A DNA stretch of 64,000 nt from Cyanobacteriota bacterium (GTDB lineage Bacteria; Cyanobacteriota; Cyanobacteriia; Cyanobacteriales; Nostocaceae): assembly GCA_046045965.1 (NCBI GenBank), contig JBJOKS010000013.1, forward strand, positions 1 to 64,000. The letters are read 5' to 3'. The notes under the pieces were generated by a model, which was not told where the DNA came from, ran no database searches, and worked only from the letters and a program-made list of their open reading frames with translations. This document shows positions 61,128 through 64,000 of the stretch, in pieces. The translations under genes were made by a program, and so were the position numbers. The number at the start of each line of letters is the position of its first letter. Position 1 is the first letter of the stretch.

Positions 61128-61496
61128 GATGGCACACACCTATTTTTATTGTTTGTTTTTTAATGGTAATTCTTAGAAAATAGAATGGGTGTAATTTTAT
61201 GTTTTCTTGAGAAATGGTGCTGTCGGTTAATATTAGTTGATTTTCTAGATAAAATTATTAAGTATTTTTGCTAAAGTTAGAAATTTTTCTTAATTTGTGG
61301 TATTGGATAAATTCAATAAAAAAAACCTAAGTAAGCATCAATTGAGAAATATAGAATACAGACACAAATACTGATAAACAAGATAAGTTAAGTTTTTATT
61401 AATAACAATGTAATGATCACCAACATATTGTGATTTAGCACACTGGTCTTTCACCTGTGTTACATCAAAATTTACTTGAAAGTAAAAATTTTGACT

Positions 61497-64000
61497 ATGA
61501 GCATCATTCAGGTTGGTTCATTAGTGCATTCTCAGATTAATAGGTACGGTATCGGTAAGGTAGAAGAAATATATGCTACCGAAGCGAAAATAGAATATTT
61601 CCATTCTGTGAGTCAGCGTATATCCGAAATTTTACCTTTAGATACCCTATCTCACATCACGCTACAAAATCAAACTCGCTGTTATGTTTACCAAGAAACC
61701 CAATCTAGATGGATCACAGGTAGAATCTTCAATTGGGATCAAGAAAAACAAAAATATGAAGTTCACTTACCTGATAAAAAAGTTATTTTTGTAAGCGAAG
61801 AGGAAGTATCTGTACGTTGCAATCTTCCCTCAGTAAATCCGGTGGAAACTTTGGCTATAAAATGCCAAGAGACTCCGTATTTTCATGAAAGAAGATTAAA
61901 TTTTATGGAATCTTTAATTTCCCAACGTGCTGCTTGTCGGGGAATGACAGGATTAATTTCTGCTAATATCACACTTTATCCGCATCAAGTTGAAGTTATT
62001 CGTCGAGTTTTGGAAGATCCCATACAACGCTATTTATTAGCAGATGAGGTTGGATTAGGAAAAACCATAGAAGCTGGGGTAATTTTACGTCAATATCTTT
62101 TAGATGAAAAAAAAGGTCATGCAGTAGTTATTGTACCATCTTATTTATTAGGACAATGGCAGCAGGAATTAGAGCAAAAATTTTATATAGCTGATTTTTC
62201 TAAGCGAGTTGCAGTAATTACTATTGATGATCTCAAAAAAATTAATCCCAAAGTTAAGCTTGGTTTAGTAATTATCGATGAAGCTCATCATATTGCAGGT
62301 TTGGCAAATTCGCGAGATCCTATCCAAATGCAAAAATTTGAGCTTTGTCAACAAATTTGTCATCAGAGCGATCGCTTACTTTTATTATCAGCAACTCCCG
62401 TATTACATCATGAGCATGATTTCTTATCTATGCTGCATTTACTCGATCCGATGAATTATAAACTCAGTGATTTAGATGATTTTCGGAGCAAGATAGAAAA
62501 TCGTCAACAAATCGGCAGAATTTTACTTTGTTTCCGGGAAGGTGCAAAATCTTTTGTAATTAAATCTAATTTAAAACAACTGCGTAATTTATTCACCGAA
62601 GATGAATATTTGCTGAGTTTAGTTGATAATTTAGAAACTTGTTTGCAAGAAAATTCCTCTAATACAGATGAGATTATTCGCGCTATTCGTACTCACATTA
62701 GCGAAACATATCGGTTACACAGACGAATGTTGAGAAATCGTCGTGATGTAGTGGAAGATGTAGTTTTTCAACGGGATATTGTACCTAAAGAAGAATATGA
62801 TTTAGATGAGCGATCGCTAGATATTCATGAACTAATTGAACAATGGCGCGAACTAGCACCACAAACGGTAGAATATCAACGGATATTTGTATTATTAGTT
62901 CTAGCTTCTGGGACTTGGTTAGGTATTTTAGAACAAGTAATTAATGCTAGATTAAATGGTGAAAAATCAAATACACTGATTCAGGAATTTGGAGCAAAAG
63001 ATACCAAAATCTTAACAGAAACTCCCAAGTTTACTGAGGAATTAGAAATATTGCCATCCTTAGTGAAGATAATTAAGCAAAGTTCAGAGGAAGGAGAACG
63101 GATCAACCATTTACAAACATTGATTTTAAATCACTTAGGAATTTATTGTAAATTACCTGCAAGTGTTTTGAAAAATAAGCGAGAATTATTAACAAGGATA
63201 CAGCAGAGAATCCATAGACCAGTTGATTGTTTATTTCCAAAAATTGTCATATTTACATCTTTTTATCAAAGCTGTAAAGAAATAGTTAAATATTTAACCA
63301 ACAGCTTGGGAGAAAATGCAGTAGTTAGTCATCAATTGGAACATTCTCAACAACAAATAGAGCAGAATTTAAGTAAATTCAAAAATGATCCTAACTGCTT
63401 TATTTTGGTGTGTGATCGCACAGGAGAAGAAGGACATAACCTACAATTTGCAGACTGGTTAATTCATTTTGATTTACCTTTTTCTCCCAACCAACTAGAA
63501 CAAAGAATTGGTAGATTTGATCGCATCGGTGGTAAAATCAAATATCAATCCTTTGTATTTTTGGGGATCTTTTCCCAAGATAGTCCTCATAATGCTTGGT
63601 TTCAACTTTTGAAAACTGGTTTTTGTATTTTCCAACAATCAATTGCCAGTTTACAATTTTATGTAGATGGTAAAATATCAGAACTAGAAAAACTCTTATT
63701 TCAAAATGGTGCTACAGGCATATTAGAAATAATTGCACCAATTCAGACAGAAATTCAAGAAGAATTAATCAAAATTAGTGAACAACAAGCACTCGATGAA
63801 ATAGACTCTGTAGATGATAATTCTACGACATATTTTGAAGAATTAGATAACTATGATGCTAACCACAAACAAATACAAGCAACAGCAGAAGATTGGATTT
63901 GTCAAACATTAAATTTTCGTCGTAGTCAAGACATAGACAAAGAAGGAGTATTTAACTATTATCCCGGTAAAAATACCATCATTTCTGTTGATGAACTGCA
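61497..64000 (+). CDS. dpdE: DpdE-like SNF2/RapA-type helicase, partial (runs off the window end; absent from the ORF track)
   Basis: Translated by hand from ATG 61497: ETPYFHERR, QRAACRGMTGLISANITLYPHQVEVIRRVLEDPIQRYLLADEVGLGKTIEAG (motif I), IIDEAHH (II), LLLSATP (III), GEEGHNLQF (V), LEQRIGRFDRIG (VI). Confidence 0.75.
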   Translation, partial: MSIIQVGSLVHSQINRYGIGKVEEIYATEAKIEYFHSVSQRISEILPLDTLSHITLQNQTRCYVYQETQSRWITGRIFNWDQEKQKYEVHLPDKKVIFVSEEEVSVRCNLPSVNPVETLAIKCQETPYFHERRLNFMESLISQRAACRGMTGLISANITLYPHQVEVIRRVLEDPIQRYLLADEVGLGKTIEAGVILRQYLLDEKKGHAVVIVPSYLLGQWQQELEQKFYIADFSKRVAVITIDDLKKINPKVKLGLVIIDEAHHIAGLANSRDPIQMQKFELCQQICHQSDRLLLLSATPVLHHEHDFLSMLHLLDPMNYKLSDLDDFRSKIENRQQIGRILLCFREGAKSFVIKSNLKQLRNLFTEDEYLLSLVDNLETCLQENSSNTDEIIRAIRTHISETYRLHRRMLRNRRDVVEDVVFQRDIVPKEEYDLDERSLDIHELIEQWRELAPQTVEYQRIFVLLVLASGTWLGILEQVINARLNGEKSNTLIQEFGAKDTKILTETPKFTEELEILPSLVKIIKQSSEEGERINHLQTLILNHLGIYCKLPASVLKNKRELLTRIQQRIHRPVDCLFPKIVIFTSFYQSCKEIVKYLTNSLGENAVVSHQLEHSQQQIEQNLSKFKNDPNCFILVCDRTGEEGHNLQFADWLIHFDLPFSPNQLEQRIGRFDRIGGKIKYQSFVFLGIFSQDSPHNAWFQLLKTGFCIFQQSIASLQFYVDGKISELEKLLFQNGATGILEIIAPIQTEIQEELIKISEQQALDEIDSVDDNSTTYFEELDNYDANHKQIQATAEDWICQTLNFRRSQDIDKEGVFNYYPGKNTIISVDEL

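Overview
Chromosomal segment from a filamentous Nostocales-type cyanobacterium. This is inferred from frequent HIP1 GCGATCGC octamers, heptamer tandem repeats (STRR-type) and the rbcLXS operon. Core genes: chlG, an All4481-like ArsA/Get3 ATPase, petP, pyk, crtR, plsY, a DUF3086-DUF3119-MlaE cluster, sppA, aroH, rbcL-rbcX-rbcS, panB, serA, prmA and a thioredoxin. Accessory DNA falls into four blocks. (1) A ~28 kb surface-polysaccharide locus (6.1-34.4 kb) with a Wzm/Wzt + galactofuranose module and a Wzx + 2,3-diacetamido-uronic acid/uronamide module. It ends in a truncated wbpI/wecB and is bracketed by two Rpn/DUF2887 nuclease genes; both carry a conserved internal SD+ATG that suggests an intragenic antitoxin. 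(2) A small toxin-antitoxin/GNAT patch downstream of rbcS, with a vapC-RDD deletion scar. (3) A compact three-gene operon just upstream of the rbcL promoter: a dynamin-like GTPase, a second TRAFAC-like GTPase and a single-pass membrane protein. This is the best candidate for an undescribed membrane-remodelling or defence system. (4) A DpdE-like SNF2 helicase that the ORF track missed; it starts at 61497 and runs off the window, and is probably the start of a Dpd-type defence island. Small mobile elements include two MITEs and a 27-nt in-frame insertion into a HIP1 site. No rRNA, tRNA or CRISPR array was recognised. All family assignments come from motif recognition by eye, not database searches.
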